DNA of 22,724 nucleotides. Origin: Chiloscyllium plagiosum. Lineage: Eukaryota. The notes beneath the pieces were generated by a model that did not search any database, had not been told where the DNA came from, and saw only the letters and a list, made by a program, of their open reading frames with translations. Positions within the stretch are counted from its first letter, which is position 1. Each line of letters starts with the position of its first letter. Below are positions 10,459-19,869 of the stretch, in pieces. Location of the stretch: contig NC_057720.1 in the NCBI RefSeq assembly GCF_004010195.1, forward strand, positions 32,388,650 to 32,411,373, written 5' to 3'. Both the position numbers and the translations under genes were made by a program.

Positions 10459-11962
10459 TGTCACAACTCAGGATAGCATGCTGGAAATCAAGCTCTGGTA
10501 TTCTTGAAGTTGTCACAAAATTTAAATTTTTTTAAAAGAAATTTGCAAAGTCCCCAAACTAGCCTATTTTCACATCCAGGTTGGTCGAAAGCACAGACCA
10601 GATTCCTTTGTTAGCTACAGGTGACCACGTTAAGCTAAATTAAATAAACTCGACAAATCAAAGCTGTAAACCCTTTGTGAACTCTTCCTTACACACCCAC
10701 AGACAGACAAGCATATACAGGGGAAAAAGAAACTGCTGGATGTCTTGAAACGCATAAAGGTGGATAAATCCTAAGGACCTGATCAGGTGTACCATAGAAC
10801 TCTGTGGGAAGCTAGGGAAGTGATTGTTGGGCCCCTTGCTGAGATATTTGTATCATCAGTAGTCACAGGTGAGGTGCTGGAAGACTGGAGGTTGGTTAAC
10901 TTGGTGTCACTATTTAAGAAAGATGGTAAGAACAAGCCAGGGAACTATAGACCAGTGAGCCTGACGTCAGTGGTGGACAAGTTGTTGGAGGGAATCCTGA
11001 GGGACTGATGAGGGATAGTCAACATGGCTTTGTGCTTGGGAAATCATGTCTCACAAACATGATTGAGTTTTTTGAGGAAGTAACAAAGAGGATTGATGAG
11101 GGCAGAGTGGTGGATGTAATCTATGAGGACTTAAGTCAGGCGTTTGACAAGGTTCCCCATGGGAGACTGGTTAGCAAGGTTAGATCTCATGTAATGCAGG
11201 GAGAACTAGCCATTTGGATACAGAACTGGCAGAACGATTCAGACAAGAGTTACAAGGATGTTGCCAGGGTTGGAGGATTTGAACTATAGGGAGAGGTTGA
11301 ATAGGCTAGGGCTGTTTTTCCTGGTGTGTCGGAGGCTGAGGGGTGACCTTATAGAGGTTTATAAAATCATGAAGGGTATGGATAGGGTAAATAGACAAGG
11401 TCTTTTCCCAAGAGTAGGGGAGTCCAGAACTAGAGGACATAAGGTTTAGTGTGAGAGGGGAAACATATAAAAGGGACCTAAGGGGTAACCTTTTCATACA
11501 GAGGATAGAACGTGTATGGAATGAGTTGCCAGAGGAAGTGGTTGAGGCTGGTACATGTGCAGCATTTAAAATGCATCCGGATGGGTATATGAATAGGAAG
11601 GGTTTGGAGAGATATAGGCCGGGTGCTGGCAAGTGGAACTAGGTTAGGTTGGGATATCTGGTCAGCATGGACGAGTTGGACTGAAGGGTCTGTTAACTGA
11701 CAACCTTGTTGGCAGGCTGAGGGCGTTTCTTGTTGATAATTGGTCCCAACTCCGCAAACCAATCAGTTACCAACCAGTAAGCGACTCCTTAACTCCAGAT
11801 CATCTGCACATTGCTGGAACCTGCAGCTAAGCAAAGAGCTCACAGTAGGTGTCCAATTCTTTACTTTCAAAACGTGTAGCCATCCTTGTAAATCCCTGAT
11901 TTAAAACAGTTCTTTCTTATTTAAGTCCAGGTTTTTAAAGAAGCAGAAAAATAAAAAAGACA
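10459..11962. mobile_element. Possible solo-LTR-like insertion carrying an internal HER1 LINE
   Basis: Non-CR1 sequence at 10459-10732 and 11695-11962 interrupts the old CR1. It starts TGTC and ends GACA. No target-site duplication found. Confidence 0.3.
10733..11694 (+). mobile_element. HER1-type CR1 LINE with internal deletions
   Basis: Encodes PGNYRPVSLTSVVDKLLE, SQHGF..KSCLTN..AFDKVPH and WIQNW, then jumps at about 11232 to MLPGLEDLNYRERLNRL..GDLIEVYKIMKG. 3' UTR runs to gggtctgtt. Confidence 0.93.
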
Positions 11963-12632
11963 TTGACTTGCATCAGTCTTTACTAAGAAGAAGTCAAAGT
12001 ACTTCAGACATGCTCCTTGTCTTCACCTTTCTGGTCCTGCCCCTTTTATTCCCTTTAATGTCCCTTTTTATGTTAGTTGCTAACCTCTTCCAGTACTCTT
12101 ATTTATTTCTGTTATTTTGTTGTTCACTTCCCTTCTGAACTTTCAATATATGTCCTGGTTCTCACTTGCATTATCAATTTGACATCTGACACATGGACCC
12201 ATTTTCTGCTTTATCTTACTCTTGAACTCTTGCTCATCTTAGGAACTTTTGCTTTGACTACTGTACTCAACCCTGTCCTGAATGTACCTTGACTGTACCT
12301 GAGCCAGCATTTCTTTACTGGAATTAAAGGGTTGCCTTCATTCTCTTGCCTGTCAAACTTTGATTCTAGTTTAACTGGGTTGGATTCATTCTCATCCAAC
12401 TGAAATCGGCCCTTCCCCAAATAATTGGTTTTGCTTGGATTTCTCCTTTTCCTTTTCCGTAGCTAACCTGAAGCTTATGATAGTAACAACACTGTCCCCA
12501 ATATGTAGTATTATTGCAGCCTTCCAAGCAGTTTCAATCACCGTAAGGTGTGACAAAGCAAGATAGAAAAGAATCACGTTTATCCAGCTAGAAGGTTGGG
12601 CAGAGAAAAAGTTGGTGATACTGCATCTGAAC

Positions 12633-12731
12633 AGATCTGATGAAGCACCAACAACCTGAAATGTTAACTTTGTTTATCTTTCTGCAGATGCTGCAGACCT
12701 GCTATTACTAACATTTTCTGTTTTTATTTCT
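12633..12731 (+). mobile_element. PLE terminus with degenerate hammerhead
   Basis: CTGATGA at 12637-12643, broken stem II, GAAA at 12658-12661, TGTT-AACT, then cagatgctgcagacctgct..attttctgtttttatttc. Confidence 0.7.
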
Positions 12732-13065
12732 GAGAAGCTGGCCAAGCAGTTCTGCATTCAAGGAATAAAGTGAAAAATTAGATTTAAGAAAGTAAATAAA
12801 AAGTTTTTCAATAGAGTAATAATCTGAGACATTTACTCCAAAGGCATATAGACTGAGTAAACTACATAGTAACCTTGAAAATCAAATCATAAAACTGTCT
12901 CTGTGAATTTACCTAAAACATTTCCTGTACCAGCAGAATTAATTCAACTGTTCGATTAAATACCAGTGCTTTCAATTACATTTTATTCGCACAAATTATT
13001 ATACTCAAAACCATTATTTGCCAAAAAAAACTTCTTCTTACAATGATTTTTACTGTTATTTATGT

Positions 13066-13380
13066 TAGATAAGATTATATTCCCTACAGTGTGGAAACAG
13101 TCCTTTGGCCCGACAAGTCCACACTGACCCTCCGAAGAGCAACCCACCCAGACCCATTTCCCTCTGACTAATGCACCTAACCTATGGGCAATTTAGCATG
13201 GGCAATTCACCTGGCCTGCACATCTTTGGATTCTGGGAGGAAACCGGAGCACCTGGAGGAAACCCACGCAGACACGGGGAGAATGTGCAAACTCCACACA
13301 GACAGTTGCCTGAGGCGGAAATCGAACCTGGAACCCTGGTGCTGTGAGGCAGCAGTGCTAACTACTGAGCCACCGTGCCT
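13066..13380 (-). mobile_element. HE1-type tRNA-derived SINE, full length
   Basis: Close reverse complement of 8898-9215. B-box-like GGTTCGATTTCC on the minus strand at about 13317-13329. Confidence 0.95.
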
Positions 13381-13497
13381 CTCCGTTGGTTCAAAGAGCC
13401 CGGGAAATCGGTGCAGGAATACCTAGTGTTCTAAGACCTGCTATCTTCAGCTGATTCTTCATTGACATTTTTTCCACCATAAAGTCTGAAACCAAGA

Positions 13498-13985
13498 GGG
13501 TTCATTGATGATTGTGTGCGATGTTTTGCAATATTTGCAACTCCTCAGATACTGAAGTGATCTGTTTCTGTATGCAGCAAGACCTGCATCGATTCTCCTG
13601 CTCCTCGGATGCTGCCTGGCCTGCTGTGTTTTTCCAGCACCACATTTTTCAACTCTGGTCTCCAGCATCTGCAGTCCTCACTTTCCGCAGGAAGACCTGG
13701 ACAATATCCAGGCTTGGGATGGTAAGTGTCAGGCAATGATCATCTGCAATAAGCGAAAAAATCTTTAACCATTGGCCCTTGACATTTATTGGCATCACCA
13801 ATAAATAGTGAATCTTCCACTATCAACCTCCTACAGGTTATCATGATTGAAAAGTGAACTGAACTGACCACATGAAACGCTGTGGCTACAACAGGTCAGA
13901 AACTGGCACTTCTGCAGTGAGTAACTTGTCTCCTGAATCCCTGATTCTTGTCCACTATTTACAAGTCTGAAATGTGATCGACACT
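13498..13985 (+). mobile_element. CR1-clade LINE of a second family, RT core (5' part of a split copy)
   Basis: ttcattgatgattgt resembles FADDC; atgcagcaagacctg/gacaatatccaggcttgg = MQQDL/DNIQAW; tgtcaggcaatgatcatc = CQAMII; tccactatttacaag = STIYK. Confidence 0.75.
13587..13686 (+). mobile_element. 100-bp PLE terminus insertion with 13-bp TSD
   Basis: catcgattctcctgctcctcggatgctgcc..ccagcatctgcagtcctcactttc, flanked by gcag(c/g)aagacctg at 13574-13586 and 13687-13699. Removing it restores the LINE reading QQDLDNIQAW. Confidence 0.9.
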
Positions 13986-13993
13986 ATATATTC

Positions 13994-14207
13994 AGGCGAA
14001 AGTGAGGACTGCAGATGCTGGAGATTAGAGTCAAGAATGTGGTGCTGGAAAAGCACAGCAGGTCAGGCAGCATCCGAGGAACAGGAGAATCAATGTTTCG
14101 GGCAAGAGCCCTTCATAATGAATTCCTGATGAAGGGCTCTTGCCCGAAATTCAATTCTCCTGCTTCTAAGATGCTGCCTGACCTTTCCCAGTACCACACT
14201 CTTGATT
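13994..14207. mobile_element. Head-to-head PLE pLTR palindrome centred on GAATTC
   Basis: tttcgggcaagagcccttcat and atgaagggctcttgcccgaaa are exact reverse complements around gaattc (14120-14125). The outer arms also pair imperfectly. Confidence 0.9.
14120..14156 (+). ncRNA. Minimal hammerhead ribozyme motif, partly degenerate
   Basis: CUGAUGA at 14126-14132, stem II GGGC-ucuu-GCCC at 14134-14145, GAAA at 14146-14149. It is followed by UUC instead of CGUC, so the stem III palindrome is lost. Confidence 0.6.
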
Positions 14208-14600
14208 GTATATGCTCAAGTAATAGTCGCTCTCATGTAAAAGTCGATTCCCTATTTTTAGCCAAAAGAGCTGGAATTTTCCATATCTTGTGTAAAAATC
14301 GACCCTAGTTCTTCACAGCTAACAGATCAACATTTATGAGTCAGTATGCAGGCAGTCACGCTACCCTCTGGCTTTCCAGTCCCCTGGCCATCATGCTCCA
14401 TTCCAGGTTTACAAATTACTGTAATTTGTTGTTTACTTCTTTCATTGTTTAGAGATCAGTTGGGCTTCTGTTAATGATACAGTATGAATTTTGATAGGCA
14501 TGAATTTTAGCCACTCAAAAGTAGTATCCATGTAATTGGCGACCCAATAAATTTAACCTTAAAATGTCGTCAAAACATTTTGACTATTACTCAAGTAGTA

Positions 14601-15320
14601 CAGTCATGGAGATGTACAGCACAGAAACAGACCCTTCGGTCCAACTCGTCCATGTTGACCAAATTTCCTAAATTAATCTGATCCCAATTGTCAGTATTTG
14701 GCTCGTATCCCTTAAACCCTTCCTATTCATATGCCCATTCAGACACCTTTGAAGTGCTGTAATTGTACCAGCCTCCTCCACTTCCTCTGGCAGTTCACTC
14801 CATATATGCATCACCTGCTGTGCGAAAAAGTTTCCTCTTAGGTCCCTTTTAAATCTTTCACCTCTCGCCTTAAACCTATGTCTTCTAGTTTTGGACTCCC
14901 ATACTCTAGGGAAGAGACCTTGAATATTCACCTTTATCCTTGCTCCTCATAACGTCTATAGTGTCACCCCTCAACCTATCATGCTGCAGGAAAAAAAGTC
15001 ACAGCCAATCAGCCTCCCTATAGCTCAAACCCTCCAACCATGGCAACATCCTTGTAAATCTTTTCTCAACCCTTTCAGTTTCACAACATCCTTCCAGTAG
15101 CAGGGAGACCAGAATTGCACACAGTATTGCAGAAGTGGCCTAAGCAATGTCCTATACAGCCGTAAAATGACCTCCCAATCTGTTTACTCAATGCACTGAA
15201 CAATAAAGGCATGCGTATCAAACATCTTCTTCACTACCCTGTCTACCTACAGCTCCACCTTCAAGGAACTGTGAATCTGCACCCCAAGGTGGCTTCGCTA
15301 GGCAACACTGCCCAGGCCCT
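14601..15320 (-). mobile_element. HER1-type CR1 LINE 3' portion
   Basis: Minus ORF gives RFKARGERFKRDLRGNFF..WSELPEEV. It is a reverse complement of the 5506-6316 family. Confidence 0.92.
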
Positions 15321-15796
15321 GGGTAGCTCCTATACATTTGAAAAGCTTGCTGTCATGGAAGACAAAGCAGCCCGTTTAATTACACCCTCATCCACCACCT
15401 TCAGCCTTCTCTCCCTTCGAGAGCATTGTTCGTGGTAACTATGTGTATCATCTAAAGGTGCACTGCAGTAACTCACCATGTCTCTGCTGACGGCAGCTCC
15501 TACAGCAACCTACACTAAGAATGACAAGGCAACATTTGCATGGGAACTGTATCACTTGCAAGTTCTCCTTCAAGCCATGCATCATTCTAACCTGGGACTA
15601 TGTTGCTGTTCCTTTTCTGTCTTAGGGAGTTCTAGATTTTGGAACTAAAACAGCATTGTATGTGTCCCTGAACACCAGAGACTGTAAGGGCTCAGGAAGG
15701 CAGGTCACCACTGCATTCTCCAGGGAAATTTAGAAGGGGCAATAATTACTGGCCTGGTGAATGATGCCTGTTTACCACACACAAATAACAAGAAAG
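15321..15796 (+). mobile_element. 3' continuation and tail of the CR1-clade LINE begun at 13498
   Basis: gacaaagcagcccgtttaatt = DKAARLI. The 3' UTR ends gggcaataattactggcctgg..aaataacaagaaa. Confidence 0.7.
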
Positions 15797-16986
15797 TTTG
15801 ATTTGGAATTTTTTGCTAAATGTCTACTAAACATTCTCCACTCAGTGTCATTTCAATATCCTCAGGATCAAAATCTACGTTCCTCAGTGTTGAAGTATGA
15901 ATATTTGATTGTCAGTATTATTTTACATTTTCAGTGAATCTGTCTAGTTTTCATTGGTTGTTGAAGCATTTCATTTCATTATCAAATGCATTAGAATTTC
16001 TTCCTTGTTGAGAAAATATAGAGATTTCTTCATGGTCCTACTCAACTGTTACTTCTTTTTGATGTTTTTCAAAAAGTGTTCTGACTCAGTTATTCTTTTC
16101 ACAAGAACATTCTGGATAGGGTGGCTCATTTAATGGTGCCAATCAGACTTTGGTATTTGCACAATACAATGGAAATGGGTGTCTCCAAACCCACCCCCCC
16201 CAACACACACACACAACACACTTTGTTGAAGCTCGATATTCTTATATCACAGATCTACTATTTTGGCTAATGCCCGATTTTGGTTCTGACTCGTAATTTT
16301 GGTGAGGATTAAAGATGAAATCATCTTTAACAAGTACAGCTATCTTTACGTGCAGAACATGCTCTTGCAATCAGTTGCTCTGTTGACTTCTTGCTTTAGC
16401 TCTTTTCTAATTAATGCTAAGCAATCTCGATTAACGTTTTGCTCTACCATCTTCATTTTCCTTGGTCTGCAACCTGCATTGCTTTTCCTCACCAAGTAAA
16501 AATGCATAGTGTCTGAGAATATTATTAGAATTAGACAAATATGAGGAACAAAAGAAATTAAGTATGAAAGAAGGCCTGTGCTTTATGAAAAATTTGTTGC
16601 ACTTTTTTTTTGCTACCTGTGGTTGAATTTGGTTATGCATATCTATATTACAGTATCAGTGGAAATACAGTGTAGACAGGACTTTTTCTTTTATATGTAG
16701 TACTTTGCACTTGGAGAAGATGGTCCATCAATATTTAAATACTTTAAATTACCTTTTCATGATGCCTGTGGTTAATTGAGTCAGTTGCAATTTTCCATCA
16801 TTGTGGTACCACAATAATTTTATTGAAAATCTATTGCTTAGATTTTGGAATTTGGTAGCAGCATGAAAGTTCAGTAGCACAGCGATGAACTGACTTGGTT
16901 TCCTGTGTTTGTGGAACAATACTGCTGTGAAGTATCAATGAATAGTTTGTAAATATAGGTTGTTAATTGCTATTTTTTCTTTTCAG

Positions 16987-17076
16987 ATATCCTAAAATAC
17001 ACATAAAAACTGCCCTTGTGGATGCCCATCTGTACTGCATGAAAAAATGGGTTCTGGACTTCCTTGTGGAAAACAA
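16987..17076 (+). CDS. EIF2B3: Internal coding exon of translation initiation factor eIF2B subunit gamma
   Basis: Pyrimidine tract and acceptor (ttttttcttttcag), donor AA|gtaagg, 90 bp, phase 2/2. Translates [31 protein letters not shown], compared with human EIF2B3 [29 protein letters not shown] (recalled, not searched). Confidence 0.93.
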
Positions 17077-17738
17077 GTAAGGGGTTATACCATTATTGCA
17101 CAATTATCTTTGCAATGCGCTTCAAACATTAAGCACTATTCAAAATATACTTATAATGGAAACGTCACTGGTGAATGTCACGGAAATTGACTTTAACTAA
17201 CTTGAAATTTTGGTCTCAAAACATATATTCCTATATCTAAACTTTCGTACAGCGAGAAAATGTTTGTGCTTATGAAAGGATGTACTTAATCATTAAGTTT
17301 CAAGTAGTTTTGGGAAATTCTCTGCTGTAGTACCAGAACAGCTAATCTTTCAATTCGTGTACCAGGTTATCAAGAGAAAAACTAGTATTACGGTAATAAT
17401 GTCATAAATAGCTTTGTCACAACAATATTGACTCTCTGATACTTTAATAACTTGCCTCAACTTCCAGTTCAGAAGTAATAGGTTAAAACCTCACTTCATG
17501 ACTTGACTGCATAAGCTAGGCTAGGGATTCTGCTAAATGTTTGGAGTTGTGCACTCCGATGCGACAGTGACTGCTGGTAAACTCCAACCAAGTGGCAACA
17601 GCTGTGAGGACCCTTAAAATCTCTATTTGTTTTCTTAATTGTGGGCCTGGTCTAATTATCCAATCTTGAAGGCCTGAACCCTGTCCTAAAAAAACTAACA
17701 GGAAGGTAATTTTCTTTACTTAAAAATCCTCTGGATTA

Positions 17739-18140
17739 CAGGGGAACCTCGATTATCCGAAGGAGATCGCGAGGTCAATCTCTCCAACACTGTCCTGTGC
17801 AGGGCAAACATGGAACCTGTCAATAATTTCCAGTAAAAGGTTATGTGTGTAGCTGTGTCTGTGCACTATTTGGAGACTTACCCCACAGAGGCAGCTGCAG
17901 CAGCAGCAACAGTCTTATTGTTGGTGTGCAGTCCGACCAAATTGGGGGTGGGGCGGGGTTGGCCAGGGGCGGTGTTGGGAGCAGGGCCTCGTGTGCTGTG
18001 CTGCTGCAGACTCCTGAACGGGGAGCAGACTTTAAAACTCCGAGCTCCAGAGGAAAAGCATTTAATCGATTTTCCAAATATTCGATTTTCTGAACGAAAT
18101 AGTGCCTGCCCATCTCGTTTGGATAATTGAGTTTCCACTG
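17739..18140. mobile_element. Non-autonomous Tc1/mariner (Tigger/pogo-like) DNA transposon, MITE
   Basis: TIRs CAGGGGAACCTCGATTATCCGAAGGAGATCG and (reverse complement) CAGTGGAAACTCAATTATCCAAACGAGATGG match at 25/31. TA duplications at 17737-17738 and 18141-18142. GC-rich interior with no transposase. Confidence 0.88.
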
Positions 18141-18444
18141 TATACAGCTTTCACCCTTGTCACCCACATAGGCCACTGAGCCCCTCCCTCCCGCACTCTC
18201 ATGCATCTGCTTCCTTCTGCTCTGACACGAATTCCCTGCCCCTACTCTGAAACCTGCAGACCCAGTAATTTCTGAGTACCAAAATGGGATTATGATGACA
18301 AAAAGTTTGGGAAGCATTGATCTAGGCTTCTGAGAAGAAGTGGTGCGCCCATAGAAATATTGTTATACAATTGTTATTGTTATCAGACCATTCATGTAGC
18401 CACAAAAAATCAATTTTCAGTTTATAAAGTTAATATTGCGTAGT

Positions 18445-18540
18445 TGAAACTTTATTGCTGGAACAGCACAGCAGGTCAGGCAGCATCCAGGGAACAGGAG
18501 ATTCGACGTTTCGGGCACAGGCCCTTCTTCAGGGCCTGTG
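18445..18540 (-). mobile_element. 96-bp PLE terminus insertion with 9-bp TSD
   Basis: Flanked by ttgcgtagt at 18436-18444 and 18541-18549. It ends in a 10-bp fold-back (18531-18540 is the reverse complement of 18516-18525). Confidence 0.9.
18501..18533 (-). ncRNA. Minimal hammerhead ribozyme, intact core
   Basis: Minus strand reads C-CUGAAGA-A-GGGC-cugu-GCCC-GAAA-CGUC^GAAU. The 5' strand of stem I is mostly lost through the fold-back. Confidence 0.7.
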
Positions 18541-19568
18541 TTGCGTAGTGACTTTCAGAAGTCATAACTGATACACTGTATTACTGACTTATGCAAGCTT
18601 TGAAACATGTAAGAGATCCCAGACACACAGTCAGTTGAAACAAGCCAGTCTTTGACATGCAACTTCAGCTTAACTTATTTCAACTACTATTAAAAACTAG
18701 TCTTCTGTTTAAAATAATTAGTTCATCCACATGTTTTAAAGGTGAATCCAAACTAGGACCTTCATTGGTTAAAAAAATCAGTGGCCTTCAAGACACCTTT
18801 TTCCTTGTGCCAGAATTTATTGACTGAAAAGCTACAAAGCACTCACCACATCCCTCAGTGCTACCAGCTTCCCATTTATAATTACACACATTTGATCAAT
18901 AAACCTCAGTCAGCAGCTTACTCCTTGCAATACGGACAGATTCCCTCCTGTTTGATTAACTTTAAAAAAAACATAGAACAATCATTGAGCAGAAAATAAT
19001 GAACGATAAACAGAATTTTTTTTTATATTGTATGTTTTATAATAGTCTTCCATGTTTATAATGCTTTTCATGCAAACAAAAGCATTTATCACATCTTTAG
19101 TCAAAAAATGAACTGAAAATACATTTTTTGTTATATTCTTACAACCCCTCTTTGAGGATCTCCAATAATTTCTTTGGAAAAGCACTTTATTTTGTGCAAC
19201 AGTTTGGCTGGCATTACCCACTTTATTTTTGACATTTCTTTCTTTCTAGCACTTACTTTATGCTGCAGCATCAATCCTGGAACTGGTTGCAGTGTCATCC
19301 TTTGTCAAACGTACATTGTCTCAAAGAGAGCAGTTATTCACATAACCCTTAATGGAATGACTCTTCATAGGTTACTCCTTGCATAGGAATTCTTTTAGAA
19401 TTTTGGATAAAAACACTCCTGCACTTATAGCTTCTATTAGTGCCAATCTTTCAACAGCTAAGGTACATCTAACTGTCCTCTTTATTTCCTTGACTTCCTA
19501 GACCAACAAGTAACATCTATTATTCTTTTCCACCACAACTGCCATTCTCAAATAGCCATATGGAAGAC

Positions 19569-19676
19569 CAAAACGTCGATTTTGCTGCTCGTCGGATGCT
19601 GCCTGAATTGCTGTGCTCTTCCAGCACCACTGATCCAGAATCTGGTTTCCAGCATCTGCAGTCATTGTTTTTACCT
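19569..19676 (+). mobile_element. 108-bp PLE terminus insertion with 11-bp TSD
   Basis: caaaacgtcgattttgctgctcgtcggatgctgcctgaattgctgtgctcttccagcacc..ccagcatctgcagtcattgtttttacct, flanked by a perfect atatggaagac at 19558-19568 and 19677-19687. Confidence 0.9.
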
Positions 19677-19869
19677 ATATGGAAGACAATGTCTGAAGCA
19701 TCACTAAAATACGCCTGCTTCATATTTTCGGGGTTACACAAGGATGGGACTCGAGTTTACATCTTCCTGAACTTAATTTCTTTAATGTTTCATTGTGATT
19801 TTGTGGTTCTGTGATTTGCTTTCAATTGCTGCATATTTCTTCACAGTACTCGCTTCTAATACATTATTA

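Larger units (their letters stand above)
9625..12520 (-). mobile_element. Old decayed CR1 LINE, interrupted by the roughly 10459-11962 insertion
   Basis: 3'-tail-like sequence at 9625-9850; RT-proximal remnants at 10190-10370 (actgagattaaactgactg; cctggggactt); endonuclease-end remnant IGDSVVTIISFRL at about 12460-12505. Confidence 0.6.

Noticed and set aside
16190..16222. C-run and (CA)n tract
   Set aside because: Short, imperfect microsatellite with nothing to suggest function.
1..16986. Additional EIF2B3 exons
   Set aside because: A scan by eye found no segment encoding the expected neighbouring peptide (EQRDFIGVD..LLFMANEADL), nor SITSIRSELIPYLV downstream. A diverged exon could have been missed.
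17841..18317. 158-aa minus ORF and overlapping ORFs
   Set aside because: They cross the MITE boundary, arise from GC-rich stop-poor sequence, and have no transposase or other recognisable motif.
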